Shown here in pieces: positions 35,556-46,000 of a DNA stretch of 64,000 nt (positions are counted from its first letter, which is position 1; each line of letters opens with the position of its first letter). Under the pieces are notes generated by a model. The model had not been told where the DNA came from, made no database searches, and worked only from the letters and a program-made list of their open reading frames with translations. The translations under genes were made by a program, and so were the position numbers. Source of the DNA: Candidatus Competibacteraceae bacterium (lineage in GTDB: Bacteria; Pseudomonadota; Gammaproteobacteria; Competibacterales; Competibacteraceae); assembly GCA_016699715.1 (NCBI GenBank), contig CP065007.1, forward strand, positions 563,950-627,949, read 5' to 3'.

Positions 35556-37352
35556 ATGTCGGAATTGCAAGAACCCGCCGCTCGGCCCGAGGTGCAAACG
35601 CCGTCCGAGCAAAGCGGCGCCGAAATCGCCATCGACGTGCTGAACGAACTCGGCGTCGATTACCTGTTCGGCCATACCGGCGGGGCCATCATCCCGCTGC
35701 ACGCCGAACTCAACCTCAGAATGCGGCAGGGGCGGCAAGCGCCCCGTTTCGTCCTGTTCCGGCAGGAGGGCGGGGCGGGCCACGCCGCCGAGGGCTACGC
35801 CCGGGCCAGCGGCCGGACCGGGGTTGCGTTGGTCACCTCCGGGCCGGGGGCCACCAATCTGGTCACTCCCATCGCCGACGCTTACAAGGACTCGGTGCCC
35901 TGCGTGTTCATCACCGGGCAGGTGCCCAGCGCCATGCTGGGCAAGGACGCCTTCCAGGAAGTGGACATGGTGGGCATTACCCGCTCCATCACCAAGCACA
36001 ACTACCTGGTCAAGGACACCGCCGAACTGGCTGGCGTGCTGCGCCAGGCCTTTTTCGTCGCCGGTAGTGGCCGGCCGGGGCCGGTGGTGGTCGATATCTG
36101 CAAGAGCGCCCTGGTCGGTTGCGCAACCTCCCAACAACAAGCCAGGACCTTGCGCGGCTATCGCCCGCGAGCCTCGATGAAGCGGGGTGCCGCCGATCGC
36201 CTGCTGGCGGCGTTGCGGCAAGCCAGGCGGCCGGTGGTTCTGGCCGGCGGCGGCGTCGTCAGCGCCGGGGTCGGTCAGGAACTGCGGCGGTTCGTGGAAA
36301 AATACCGTCTGCCGGTCGCGCTGACCTTTATGGGTTTGGGCGCGGTCCCACACGATCACCCACTGTGCTTGGGCATGCCCGGCATGCACGGGACCGTCGC
36401 CGCGAATGGGGCTTTGCGAGAGGCGGATTTCATCCTGTCCATCGGCGCCCGTTTCGATGATCGGGTCGCGGTGCGGGAGTTCGGCCGGGGCATCGACCTC
36501 GCCCATGTGGACATCGACGCGACCGAGATCAACAAGGCCATTTCGGTGGCTTACGCGCTGCGGGCCAACGCCCGCGATTTTCTCGCCTACGCCAACGATC
36601 TCGATCTGGACGGTGCCGACGTTGCCGAGTGGCTGGACACGGTGCGGGACTGGAAACAGCGGTTTGCGCCCCGTTATCGGGCGGGTGGTGATTTCATCAA
36701 GCCGCAACAGTTCATCGAGGAACTTTCCAGCCTGACCCACCGGACCGGCATCGTGGTCACCGGCGTGGGTCAGCATCAGATGTGGGCGGCTCTGTTCTAC
36801 AACTACCAGGAACCGCGTCAATGGATCAGTTCGGGCGGGCTCGGCACCATGGGCTTCGGCCTGCCGGCCGCCATCGGCGCCTGTTACGCCCGGCCCGACA
36901 AGACGATCCTCTGCATCGACGGTGACGGCAGTTTCCAGATGAATCTCCAGGAACTGGCCACCATTGCCGCCCATCGAATTCCGGTCAAGGCATTCATCCT
37001 CAACAACGGCTTTCTGGGCATGGTCCGGCAGTGGGAGGACATGTTCAATGAGGGGCATCATTACGAGACCTGCCTGGTCCGGACCAGCGACTGCGATCCG
37101 GCCTGTATCGAGAGCAAGGAATGCCGAATGCCCAATCCCAATTTTCTCAATCTGGGGCGAGTGTTTCCCGGTATCGAAACCCTGCGGATCACTCGCCCGG
37201 AGCAGATCCGGGCGGGCATCGAGCGGGCGCTGGCGCATGAGGGTCCCTGCGTGGTCGATGTCTGGGTCGAACGGACCGAGGATGTCAAACCGATGATCCC
37301 ACCCGGCGGGACCCTGGCCGATATCATCCACGATCTCGACGGCGGCGGGTGA
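35556..37352 (+). CDS. Acetolactate synthase large (catalytic) subunit-like ThDP enzyme; no small subunit adjacent
   Basis: 598-aa ORF. GVDYLFGHTGGAIIPL, VTSGPGATNLVTPIADAYKDSVP, GRPGPVVVDICKS, GLGTMGFGLPAAIGA...IDGDGSFQMNLQELAT...NNGFLGMVRQWE. Confidence 0.85.
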   Translation: MSELQEPAARPEVQTPSEQSGAEIAIDVLNELGVDYLFGHTGGAIIPLHAELNLRMRQGRQAPRFVLFRQEGGAGHAAEGYARASGRTGVALVTSGPGATNLVTPIADAYKDSVPCVFITGQVPSAMLGKDAFQEVDMVGITRSITKHNYLVKDTAELAGVLRQAFFVAGSGRPGPVVVDICKSALVGCATSQQQARTLRGYRPRASMKRGAADRLLAALRQARRPVVLAGGGVVSAGVGQELRRFVEKYRLPVALTFMGLGAVPHDHPLCLGMPGMHGTVAANGALREADFILSIGARFDDRVAVREFGRGIDLAHVDIDATEINKAISVAYALRANARDFLAYANDLDLDGADVAEWLDTVRDWKQRFAPRYRAGGDFIKPQQFIEELSSLTHRTGIVVTGVGQHQMWAALFYNYQEPRQWISSGGLGTMGFGLPAAIGACYARPDKTILCIDGDGSFQMNLQELATIAAHRIPVKAFILNNGFLGMVRQWEDMFNEGHHYETCLVRTSDCDPACIESKECRMPNPNFLNLGRVFPGIETLRITRPEQIRAGIERALAHEGPCVVDVWVERTEDVKPMIPPGGTLADIIHDLDGGG

Positions 37353-37457
37353 ATTCGATGAGTCAGGGCGTTGGAACGGATACCGATCCCCTGATCGCCG
37401 CTATGCGAGGGTTCAGGGGCCGGGTCGTGAGGGCATGGAAAGGGAAGGGAAGGGAGC

Positions 37458-38111
37458 TTAAGCGCCGGCGGCGATCTGCTGTTGTATGGTTTCCACTATC
37501 CCCTCGCTGGTGGGGGAATCGACGATGAGCAACAATCCTTTTTGGCGGTAGAACTCGATCAGCGGGGCAGTCTTTTCCAAATAGGTGTCGAGGCGCTTGC
37601 CGATGGCTTCGTCGGTCTCGTCTTCGCGCTGCACCACCGGACTGCCGCACTTGTCGCAGACCCCCGCCACCTTGGGCGGGTTGCTCCTGATGTTGTAAAT
37701 GGCTTGGCAACTGGTATTGGAGCAGGTGCGGCGAGTGGTCAGGCGCTGGAGGATCTCCTCGCGCGGCACTTCGATATTGGCCACGACATCCAGCTTGATC
37801 CCTAATTTGTTCAGCAGCACCTTCAGCGCCTCGGCCTGCGGGATGGTGCGCGGGAAACCGTCCAGCAGAAAGCCTTTGGCGCAATCGGGTTCCTGTAAGC
37901 GCTTTTCCATGATGCCCATGATCAGATCGTCCGGCACCAGGTCACCGGCTTTCATGTAAGCGTCTGCTTGCTTACCCAACTCCGTGCCAGCCTGTACCGC
38001 GCTACGCAGGATATCGCCGGTGGAGATCTGCACCGAGCCATCGATCTGCGTCAGCAGCTTGGCCACGGTGCCCTTGCCGGCGCCCGGGGCGCCCAACAGA
38101 ATCAGTCGCAT
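37458..38111 (-). CDS. adk: Adenylate kinase (long type with four-Cys lid)
   Basis: Track ORF 37458..38180, start moved to Met24 (MRLILLGAPGAGKGT). GFLLDGFPRT. Lid segment TCSNTSCQAIY...GVCDKCGSPVVQREDD. Confidence 0.9.
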   Translation of the reverse strand: MRLILLGAPGAGKGTVAKLLTQIDGSVQISTGDILRSAVQAGTELGKQADAYMKAGDLVPDDLIMGIMEKRLQEPDCAKGFLLDGFPRTIPQAEALKVLLNKLGIKLDVVANIEVPREEILQRLTTRRTCSNTSCQAIYNIRSNPPKVAGVCDKCGSPVVQREDETDEAIGKRLDTYLEKTAPLIEFYRQKGLLLIVDSPTSEGIVETIQQQIAAGA

Positions 38112-38257
38112 GAATTGTTCCTCGTTATCCGATGACGGGTTCAAATGATTTCCGGTCGCCGCAAGCGCGCCGTCCAGCACCGCTTGGAATTATAAACCAT
38201 GGTTCCGGCTGGATTCGGATAATCGCCGCTCTGTTGGTTCGAGAGCGTCAGGATTGT

Positions 38258-40543
38258 TCAGAAGTGCCATGTGGGTTGCCGTAACCATTGCATCGCTTCG
38301 ACGGCCGGCGCCGGCTTGCCGATGAGAAATCCCTGAATTCCGTCGCAGTGCCGCGCCTGCAAAAACGCCAGCTGTTCGGCGGTTTCCACCCCCTTGGCCA
38401 CGACGCTCATCCCCAGCGCGTGCCCCAGATCGATGAGTATGCCGATGATCACCCGATTGTCGGTATCCTGAGCCGGATTTTGCAGGAAAGAGCGGTCGAT
38501 GCTCAGTTGGTGTACCGGCAGCTCGCATAGGCGGCGCGGCTTGAAGGAGCTGCCGCCGAAATCGTCGATACCGCAGCGCACGTCCTGTGCCCGCAGGTTT
38601 TGTAATAACCGCGGCAGAAATCCGGTATCGGCCAGCAGGGCCTCTCCGCTCATCTCCAGTTCCAGGGCACTGGGTTCCAGCCCGGTTTCCGCCAGGATGG
38701 TGGCGATGGTGGCGGGTAGGGCACGCGTTGAGATCTGTCGCGCCGACAGATTGACCGTGATCGGCACGACCGGTAGCCCAGCCTGTTGCCAGGCGCGATT
38801 TTGCCGGCATGCCTCGCGCAGCACCGATTCGTCCAATTGGCCGATCAGTCGGCGGTCTTCGGCCAGCGGGATGAATTCGGCCGGTGGCAGCACATCAGGA
38901 AAGCCGGGACGCCGCCAACGGACCAGCGCTTCCAGACCGATCAAGCGGCCGCTGGCCAGTTCGACCCGCGGTTGGTAGTACAGCAGTAGTTCGTTTCGTT
39001 CCAGCGCGCCGCGCAAAGCCGCTTCCGTTTCCAGCGCCGCCAGCACCGGAGCGTTCAGGTCCGATGTGTAGAATTGATAGCTGTTACGAGCGCTTTCCTT
39101 GGCGCGGTACATGGCAATGTCGGCGTTCTTGATCAGGGTTTCGGTGTCGCGGCCGTCGTCGGGGAAGATGCTGATGCCGATGCTGGTGCCTAGGCTGAAT
39201 TCGTGTCCCATGATCGACAGTGGCCGCGCCAGCGCCTGCTGGATCAGTTTGGCGACCCGCACGGCGTCCCGGCCGTGCCGGGCATCGGGCAGCACGACGA
39301 GAAACTCGTCGCCGCCCATCCTGCCGATGGTGTCCTCCTGCCGTACCACCGCGCTCAACAGACGAGCGACCTGCCGCAGGCAGACATCGCCCGCCGCATG
39401 TCCCAGGGAATCGTTGATCCGCTTGAAACGGTCGAGGTCGACAAAGAGCACGATGACCTTGTGGCCGGCCCGATTCGCCACCGCCAGCGCCTGGTCGATG
39501 CGGTCCAGCAGCAGCCTGCGGTTGGGCAGACCAGTCAGGGTATCGTAGTACGCCAGTTGGCGGATTTGCGCCTCGGCCTGCTTTTGCGCGGTGATGTCGG
39601 CATAAGCACCCAACACGCCGATAATGTGCCCGTCGGCGTCGATCAGCGGGGCTTTGCTGGTGTGAAACCAGGCCTCCGAGTCATCGGCATGGTAGCCCGG
39701 CTCCTCGAAATCGAGTTTGGCCTGGCCCGACGCCATCACCGCGCGGTCGTCGTCGCGGTAGCGGGCGGCGGTGGCGGGCTCGAACGGCAGGTCCAGGTCG
39801 GTTTTGCCCAGCAGGTCGTCAAGATGAGCAAGGCGGGCGTCTTGCAGAAAAAGCCGGTTGGCGCCCAGATAACGCGATTCGCGATCCTTCCAGAAGATGC
39901 GGACCGGCACGCTATCGAGAATGGTGTGCAACATTTGCCGCGATTGCCGCAGCTCCGCTTCGGTTCGATGGAGTTCGAGCAGCAGCCGGGCGGTACTGGT
40001 CACCTGGTCGATCAGGCTCAGTTCGGCTTCGGTCGGTTCGCGCTTTTCGCGGTAGTAGACGGCGAAGGTGCCCAGCACCGACTGATCGTCGCTCAGGATC
40101 GGCGTGGACCAACAGGCGGCCAGTCCGAAGCAGCGGGCGATGTCCCGGATACCCCGCCAGTACGGGTGGGTGTCGATATCGCTGACGACGATTTGCCGTT
40201 TCCGCCAGGCCGCCGCGCCGCATGAGCCGACCTCGGGTCCGATCTCCAGGCCGTCCGCCTGACGGATATATTCGGCGGGCAGCCGAACGCTGCCGCCATG
40301 GCGCAGCCAGCGTCCTTCTTCAAGCAGCAGAATCGAGCAGTAGGCGTCGGGCATCCAGCGTTCGATCAGCTTGCAAAGCTCGTCCAGCGCCTCGCGCAGG
40401 GAGTGGCCGGTGCCAACCAGGCTAAATACCTGGGCGATTTCTTCCAGGCGCACTTTTAGATCGCGAGCCCCATGGGGGTGGGCGGTCGAGGACAAGAGTG
40501 GAAACGGTTGCAGTGGGTGCAGCACGATACCTTCTGGTCTCAT
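38258..40543 (-). CDS. GAF-PAS-GGDEF-EAL signalling protein (c-di-GMP turnover)
   Basis: 761-aa ORF. N-terminal GAF-like region, PAS (ILDSVPVRIFWKD), GGDEF (RMGGDEFLVVL, with RFKRINDSLGH), and EAL domain (YYQPRV...EALVRW...QLDESV...LELEMSG...DDFG...LSIDRSF). Confidence 0.9.
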   Translation of the reverse strand: MRPEGIVLHPLQPFPLLSSTAHPHGARDLKVRLEEIAQVFSLVGTGHSLREALDELCKLIERWMPDAYCSILLLEEGRWLRHGGSVRLPAEYIRQADGLEIGPEVGSCGAAAWRKRQIVVSDIDTHPYWRGIRDIARCFGLAACWSTPILSDDQSVLGTFAVYYREKREPTEAELSLIDQVTSTARLLLELHRTEAELRQSRQMLHTILDSVPVRIFWKDRESRYLGANRLFLQDARLAHLDDLLGKTDLDLPFEPATAARYRDDDRAVMASGQAKLDFEEPGYHADDSEAWFHTSKAPLIDADGHIIGVLGAYADITAQKQAEAQIRQLAYYDTLTGLPNRRLLLDRIDQALAVANRAGHKVIVLFVDLDRFKRINDSLGHAAGDVCLRQVARLLSAVVRQEDTIGRMGGDEFLVVLPDARHGRDAVRVAKLIQQALARPLSIMGHEFSLGTSIGISIFPDDGRDTETLIKNADIAMYRAKESARNSYQFYTSDLNAPVLAALETEAALRGALERNELLLYYQPRVELASGRLIGLEALVRWRRPGFPDVLPPAEFIPLAEDRRLIGQLDESVLREACRQNRAWQQAGLPVVPITVNLSARQISTRALPATIATILAETGLEPSALELEMSGEALLADTGFLPRLLQNLRAQDVRCGIDDFGGSSFKPRRLCELPVHQLSIDRSFLQNPAQDTDNRVIIGILIDLGHALGMSVVAKGVETAEQLAFLQARHCDGIQGFLIGKPAPAVEAMQWLRQPTWHF

Positions 40544-40777
40544 CTCGGGTGGAGGGAGCGGTTGCTTTAGGTGGCAAAAAGCCGACAGCGGCTATTTAAC
40601 GCAAGCGCATGGTGCAATTTGCGACAGTATTCTTACAAACTTCCGTTGCGGGTTTCTACCCGATAATTTGATGGGGCATCGCTAATAATGATGCTAGTTC
40701 TTCATGGTGTGTTTCACTAAGGTTGCCCGCGTCTTTTTGGCGAGTCGATTTCATCCGAAAAATCGGAGCGAGTTTCG

Positions 40778-42094
40778 ATGATGAATGAGTCGGTTTACAG
40801 GATTTTTAGATGGGTGCCGTGGATGGTGGGATTGGCCGCCATTTTCGGTTCCATGGCGGTCGCCGGCGACACGCTGTCCACCGAACGGGGCGCGGTTTGC
40901 CAGGATCGGCCGGAGTGTCGGATTATCGAGACGCTGGATGCCGGCAGGGCCGCCGACGGCACGTCACTGGCCGTGCTACACCTCGCGCTGGGTAGCGAAA
41001 ATCAGCCCGCCGATGCCGAAGGGCGGCAATGTCGGCCTTATCCCGAGGATTACTGGCTCAAGCAGGTTGGCCGGGATGGCAAGGCCGTTCATCGGCGCTT
41101 GTTCGCCTTTTGCAACGATGGCTATGGTGCTTCCGGAATCGGGGAGGATGTCGTCACGATCAGTCCGAACCGCATCACGCTCGACCGGGTCGGCGGCAGT
41201 GCCTGGCGCTGGGAGATCGGTGCAAGCTATCAACTGATGCCGGAGCGGCCGCTGCTACGTCGGGAGGCCAGCTATCACACCTTGGGCGGTGGTTGCCTGG
41301 AAACCGAAACCGATTTTCGAGCGCTGCGACAGCGCGGCTGGCTTAATCCATCGCCGGCCGAGGAGACGCTGGATGCCGATGCGACAGTCGGTTGTGACCG
41401 GGAAAGCGCCATCGGCCGGTTTATCGCGATTCCCCAGCTTGAGCACGGCGGCGACGAACTAGCGGCGCTGGAACGACAATCCGCCGGTTTGGGCAGTTGC
41501 GCGCTGACGCTGAGGGCCACCGGCAACGAGGAAGATGGTTTTATCGTGCATGGTGGTCCGACCCCGGAAGCGCGGAGCGATCTCAAGTTGCTGTTGCTGT
41601 CGGCCCATACCCTGCTGGCACAGGTGCGCGATGTGGGGCGGACTCCGGTGGTGTCTGGAAACTGGATCAATGACGACCGCCTGGAACTATGGCTGGGACC
41701 CACGTTGTACGGGGGGTGGCCATCCGCTGATCGAAAAAAGCAGCTTTATCAGTTCGGCATCCGGCTGGCCGACGGCGCGGTGTTCGCGGGTTACGGCAAG
41801 TCGGCGCGGTTGCCGGCGGTGCGGCGCTGGCGGCGGGGTGACGCGCATCTGCTGTTGGTGGATTGGGGGGATGCGGGATTGGAGCCGAATTCGATGACGG
41901 TGGTGTACGGTCAGGGCGATGGCCGCCGGCAGGGGCGGATGCTGGCCACCAGTCATCTCAAGTACGGCGACCCCGATACGCTCGGTCAACTCTGGGCCTT
42001 TCCGGCAAGCTGCGAATTGCGGGATGGGTGGCTGCAAGCCGGTGCCTTGCGGCCGGAAACGACCGCGATGGCGCAGGACGATACGGCCGATTGA
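40778..42094 (+). CDS. Hypothetical secreted protein (438 aa), no recognisable family
   Basis: Long ORF with a coding-like composition. N-terminal hydrophobic segment WVPWMVGLAAIFGSMAVAG. Several Cys residues in the first half (CQDRPEC, C at RQCRPYP, FCNDGYG, GGGC, VGCD, LGSC). No motif recognised by eye. Confidence 0.5.
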   Translation: MMNESVYRIFRWVPWMVGLAAIFGSMAVAGDTLSTERGAVCQDRPECRIIETLDAGRAADGTSLAVLHLALGSENQPADAEGRQCRPYPEDYWLKQVGRDGKAVHRRLFAFCNDGYGASGIGEDVVTISPNRITLDRVGGSAWRWEIGASYQLMPERPLLRREASYHTLGGGCLETETDFRALRQRGWLNPSPAEETLDADATVGCDRESAIGRFIAIPQLEHGGDELAALERQSAGLGSCALTLRATGNEEDGFIVHGGPTPEARSDLKLLLLSAHTLLAQVRDVGRTPVVSGNWINDDRLELWLGPTLYGGWPSADRKKQLYQFGIRLADGAVFAGYGKSARLPAVRRWRRGDAHLLLVDWGDAGLEPNSMTVVYGQGDGRRQGRMLATSHLKYGDPDTLGQLWAFPASCELRDGWLQAGALRPETTAMAQDDTAD

Positions 42095-42140
42095 TTGGAG
42101 GCTGGCCAGTCGTGGGCGGCCTGCGGGCACGGGAGCGGCG

Positions 42141-42623
42141 CTACCGTGTCGTCAGCAGCCTACCGCTGAAAATAAGGGGCAGATCCAGGATGGGTACCGG
42201 AGTTTCGGCGTCGAGGAAGCAAGAGATGGCCAGGTCGTGCCAGCCGCTCGGTTGTTCGGGTAACTTGCAAGCTTGGGTGTCGGAGACTTGCACACGCTCT
42301 GGAATATCGCGCAGCAGCAATACACCGTACTCGGTCTCGTCCATCCGCGGCTGGTAGGCGACCACGCCGGCTAGCTTCCGCTCTTGCCACGTCGGTTGCC
42401 CCCGCCCCCATAGCCAGGCGGCCAAATCCATCGCCGGCAACAGGAGGTTGTTCCACAGGATCGCCTGCCGGCAGTAGTACGGGCTCAGCGGCACTTCCAG
42501 CAGTGTGGGCGCCTCGATCATGTGGATCAGCTCACGCTCGCCCACGGCGGCGCGCAGTCGATCGTCCAGCGCCAGCATCCAGGCCGTGCTTTCCCTCGGG
42601 CTTTCAGTGGTGGCCACCGGCAT
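42141..42623 (-). CDS. CheW-like coupling protein
   Basis: 160-aa ORF, last gene of the chemosensory operon, overlapping the upstream gene by 20 nt. CheW-like pattern (...LLEVPLSPYYCRQAILWNNLLLPAMDLAAWL...GVLLLRD...PILDLPLIF). Confidence 0.7.
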   Translation of the reverse strand: MPVATTESPRESTAWMLALDDRLRAAVGERELIHMIEAPTLLEVPLSPYYCRQAILWNNLLLPAMDLAAWLWGRGQPTWQERKLAGVVAYQPRMDETEYGVLLLRDIPERVQVSDTQACKLPEQPSGWHDLAISCFLDAETPVPILDLPLIFSGRLLTTR

Positions 42624-43086
42624 CCTCCGCGAGCGCGGCGAGCAACGCCGCCAGATGCTCGGTGTCGGTCACACAACCCAGCCCCTCGTCAAGCGGTGCC
42701 AGCGCCTGAACGGGGGAGTCCGGCGACCCCATGCAGGCCGGCAGCGCCAGCAGGCGCGGGGCTTTGGCGAGCGTTTCGACCTGATCGCAAAGCAAGCCGA
42801 AGCGATCGGCGCCATTATCCAGTAACGCACAGATCCGTCGATTGTCCGGTAGTTGCGGCAATAGCCGCAATTCGCTGGATAGGCAGTACACCGGCCACCA
42901 CTCACCGCCGAGCGCGATGGCGCCGATACTTCGCGGTGCTTGCACCTCTTGGTCGATATCGAGGAGCGATTCCAGGGACCTGATCTCCGTTTGTGGCAAT
43001 AGCCATGAGTATCCACCCAGGGTTAGCTTGGCCAACGCCCGAGTCTCCCGCGGTTCGGCCACCGTGTTTCGAAGGGGTTGGCTCAT
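42604..43086 (-). CDS. CheW-like coupling protein
   Basis: 160-aa ORF with ATGA overlap to the CheA-like gene. LLPQTEIRSLESL...IGAIALGGEWWPVYCLS...ICALLDNGADRFGLLCDQVETL resembles the CheW fold pattern. Confidence 0.75.
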   Translation of the reverse strand: MSQPLRNTVAEPRETRALAKLTLGGYSWLLPQTEIRSLESLLDIDQEVQAPRSIGAIALGGEWWPVYCLSSELRLLPQLPDNRRICALLDNGADRFGLLCDQVETLAKAPRLLALPACMGSPDSPVQALAPLDEGLGCVTDTEHLAALLAALAEDAGGHH

Positions 43087-46000
43087 GAGTGCAATAACCT
43101 GTGTATCTGTTCGATGAGTTCGTCTTCCATGAACGGCTTGGTCAGATAAGTATCGACGCCGACGGTCTCGGCTTCATTCCGGTGCTTGGCGGTGGAGCGC
43201 GAGGTGATCATGATGACCGGTAAATCGTGGGTGGGCTGGTTGGCCCGCAGATGCGCGGTTAGCTCCAGGCCGTTCATGCGCGGCATCTCCAAGTCGGCTA
43301 ATACCAGGTCTGGGCGCTGGCCGTTGATGATTTCGATCGCCTCCAGGCCGTCGCGCGCGGTACGCACTTCGAAGCCGGCGTCTTGCACGAACTGCGCTAG
43401 CGAACGGCGCGCGCTCAGCGAATCGTCCACCGCCAGCACGATTTGTCGGTGGGGGACGGAGGCGGCGGATTTCGCCGATTGGGCAGCGGCCGTCGGTAAC
43501 CGCTGGCCGGCGGTGCGGGTGCGCAACAGCTCGGGCAGATCCAGCACCGGCGCCACGCTGCCGTCGCCAAGGATGGTGGCGCCCACGATGCCGGGGAGTG
43601 TGGGGATGTATTGGCCCATGTTTTTGACCACCAAGTCGCGGCTGTCCAACACTTCCTGCACCAGCACGGCTTGGAGGCTACCGGTTTCTTCTCGCACCAG
43701 CAGCACCGGCGCCGCGCTGCGGTCGTGCTCGCGCCGGTCTTGCGGCAGATTGAGCAGGTTTTCCAGCAAGGTGAGTTCGTGAGTGTCGTTGCCCAGTCGG
43801 TAGGTGGTTATTTTGCCCAGCGTCTGTATCTTGCCGGCTCCGGAGTACAGGATTTGTTCGACGCCGCGATCGGAGAGGGCATAGATCTGGTCCCGTACAC
43901 GCAACAGCAGCGCGTGGGTGGAGATCAGGGTGACCGGTAGCCGCAATTCCATCAGGCAACCCTTGCCCGCTTCGGTCTGGATACGCAGCGAGCCTTTCAT
44001 GTCCAACAGCCGGCTGTAGACCATGTCCATGCCGATGCCGCGCCCCGAGGTTTGAGTCGCCGAGCCACGGGTGGAGAATCCCGGCAGCAGGATCAACCGG
44101 GCCAGCTTGTCCGGCTCCAGCGGTTTGTCGGGGGCGAGCAGGCCACGTTCTTCCGCCGTCCGGCGGATCGCCGCCAGATCCAGCCCGGCGCCATCATCCC
44201 GGCAGTGGATGGCGATGTTGTTGCCCTCGCGCATGAAATGCAGCTCGATCCGTCCCGCTTGGGGTTTGCCCAGACGCTGGCGCTGGTGGGGCGACTCGAT
44301 GCCGTGATCGATCGCGTTGCGCAGGATGTGCATCAACGGATCGACCATGTTGTTGAGCACGTTGCTGTCCATGGGGGTGTCGGCGCCGCGTACCACCAGT
44401 TCCGCTTCCTTATCCACCAGCCGGCAGGTTTGGCGCACGCTGCGTTGTAGCCGGGGCACCATGGTTTGAATGGGCACCATGCGGGTACGCAGCACCGCTT
44501 CCTGGCTGTCCCGGTGTAGACGGCCCTGGTCTACCAGCAGCGAATCCAGCAGTACCAGGTTGTCCTCCACGGCGCGGTTCATCTCGCGGGCGTCGATGGC
44601 GGTTTCCACCAACCGGTGAGTAACCGTGTTAAGTTCGTTGTACTGTTCCAGTTCCAGGGGGTCGAAATCGCCGCGCTGTATCGATTTGGATAGTGGCGAG
44701 GATACGTTGCGGACATCGACCAGTTGTTCCAGCTCGGCGGTCAGGCCCTGGAACAGCCGATTTTGCGCCGCCACTGCTCGAGTGTGATCAATGGTTTTAC
44801 GAATCCGCTCCTGTACTTGGCCGGTGAGGATGATGCTTTCTCCCACCAGTCGCAGTAGGTTGTCCACTAGATGGGCGGGAACCCGCAAGGCCGTTTCGGT
44901 GGTCGAAGCGGCGGGTTGCTGCGGTGCGAGCGCGGTTTCTGGCGGTTGTGCGGCGGCGGCGGGAGGCTCTTCCGGTCGGGCAGTCGCCGGGGGCGGGATT
45001 TCGTCGCTGGCGGGCACTCCCACCCGGTCGATGCGGTTGGCCCAGTCCAACACGGTTTGCAGCACGGTCAGCGCCTGCGGCGGCGGCTCACTCATGCCCA
45101 GTAGCGCCTCGCTCATGGTTTCCAGGCAGTCGGCGGCGTTGAGCAGGGTATCGGCCAGCGGTCGGTTGGGCAGCACGCCATGCTTGGAGAGTGCTTGCAG
45201 GATATCTTCCATGTGGTGGGTCAGAGTGGCGATGCCACGCACCCCAACGGTGTTGCCGGCGCCCTTCAAGGTATGGGCGATGCGCCGCGCCACTTCCATG
45301 TCGGCGAGTTGGCCATCGCCGGCGGCCAGCCGTTGGATGGCGGTGGAGAAGTCCGCGGCTTGTTGGGGCAGTTCCTGCAGCAAGCCATCCAGCAAGTCCT
45401 GATTGACATCGGCCGGTAGTTCCAGCGATACATCGCTGGGTTGTGCCTGTTGCGGCCGGGCTTCCGCATCGGCTTCCTCGGTGACCAACTTCGGCGCAAG
45501 CAGCAGATCGCTCAGCGCGGTCGCGTCGGCGGCTGCCAGCGGTTGCGGCCAGTGAGTCTCTTGCAGATGCCGAATCAGTGCTTCGCATGTCGAGCGGTCG
45601 TCGGGCGCTCGCAGGTAGCTAAGCGCCAGCGCGGGCCAGGCGCCCACCACGCGCTGCTGCTCCGGATGCAGCGGGCCATCCTGAGCAGCCAGTTCGAGCA
45701 GGTTGGTGTACAGATAGGCACAGGCTTGTTGTAGGCCTGTCAAGTTGATGGAGGCCGAAGCCTCTCCCAGTCGCTCCAGGTATTCGGCATAGCCGGACCA
45801 AGCTTCGGCGCGGGTTTCGGGTGCGCTGTCGGCGGCCGAGACCACAGCCAAAACTTCAGTGGTGGCTTCGGCGATCTGTGCGATTTCCTCGCAAAGGATT
45901 TCCAACAGTTCCTGCTGGGCGGCGTCTGGCGCGAACGATGTTGCCGGACTTCCCAGATCTTCCGTGGCTTCCAGGTCTTCCGTGGCTTCCAGGTCTTCCG

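Noticed and set aside
35322-37331. 669-aa minus-strand ORF
   Set aside because: It lies exactly antisense to the AHAS-like gene, which has unmistakable ThDP-enzyme motifs. High-GC shadow ORF.
37395-37457. Purine-rich gggcatggaaagggaagggaagggagc tract between the AHAS-like gene and adk
   Set aside because: Short, non-palindromic, and in a convergent-gene spacer. No supported function.
40600-40640. TGGTGCaatTTGCg resembling a sigma54 -24/-12 element upstream of 40778
   Set aside because: The GG-to-GC spacing is 2 nt shorter than the consensus TGGCAC-N5-TTGC, so it is not a credible sigma54 promoter.
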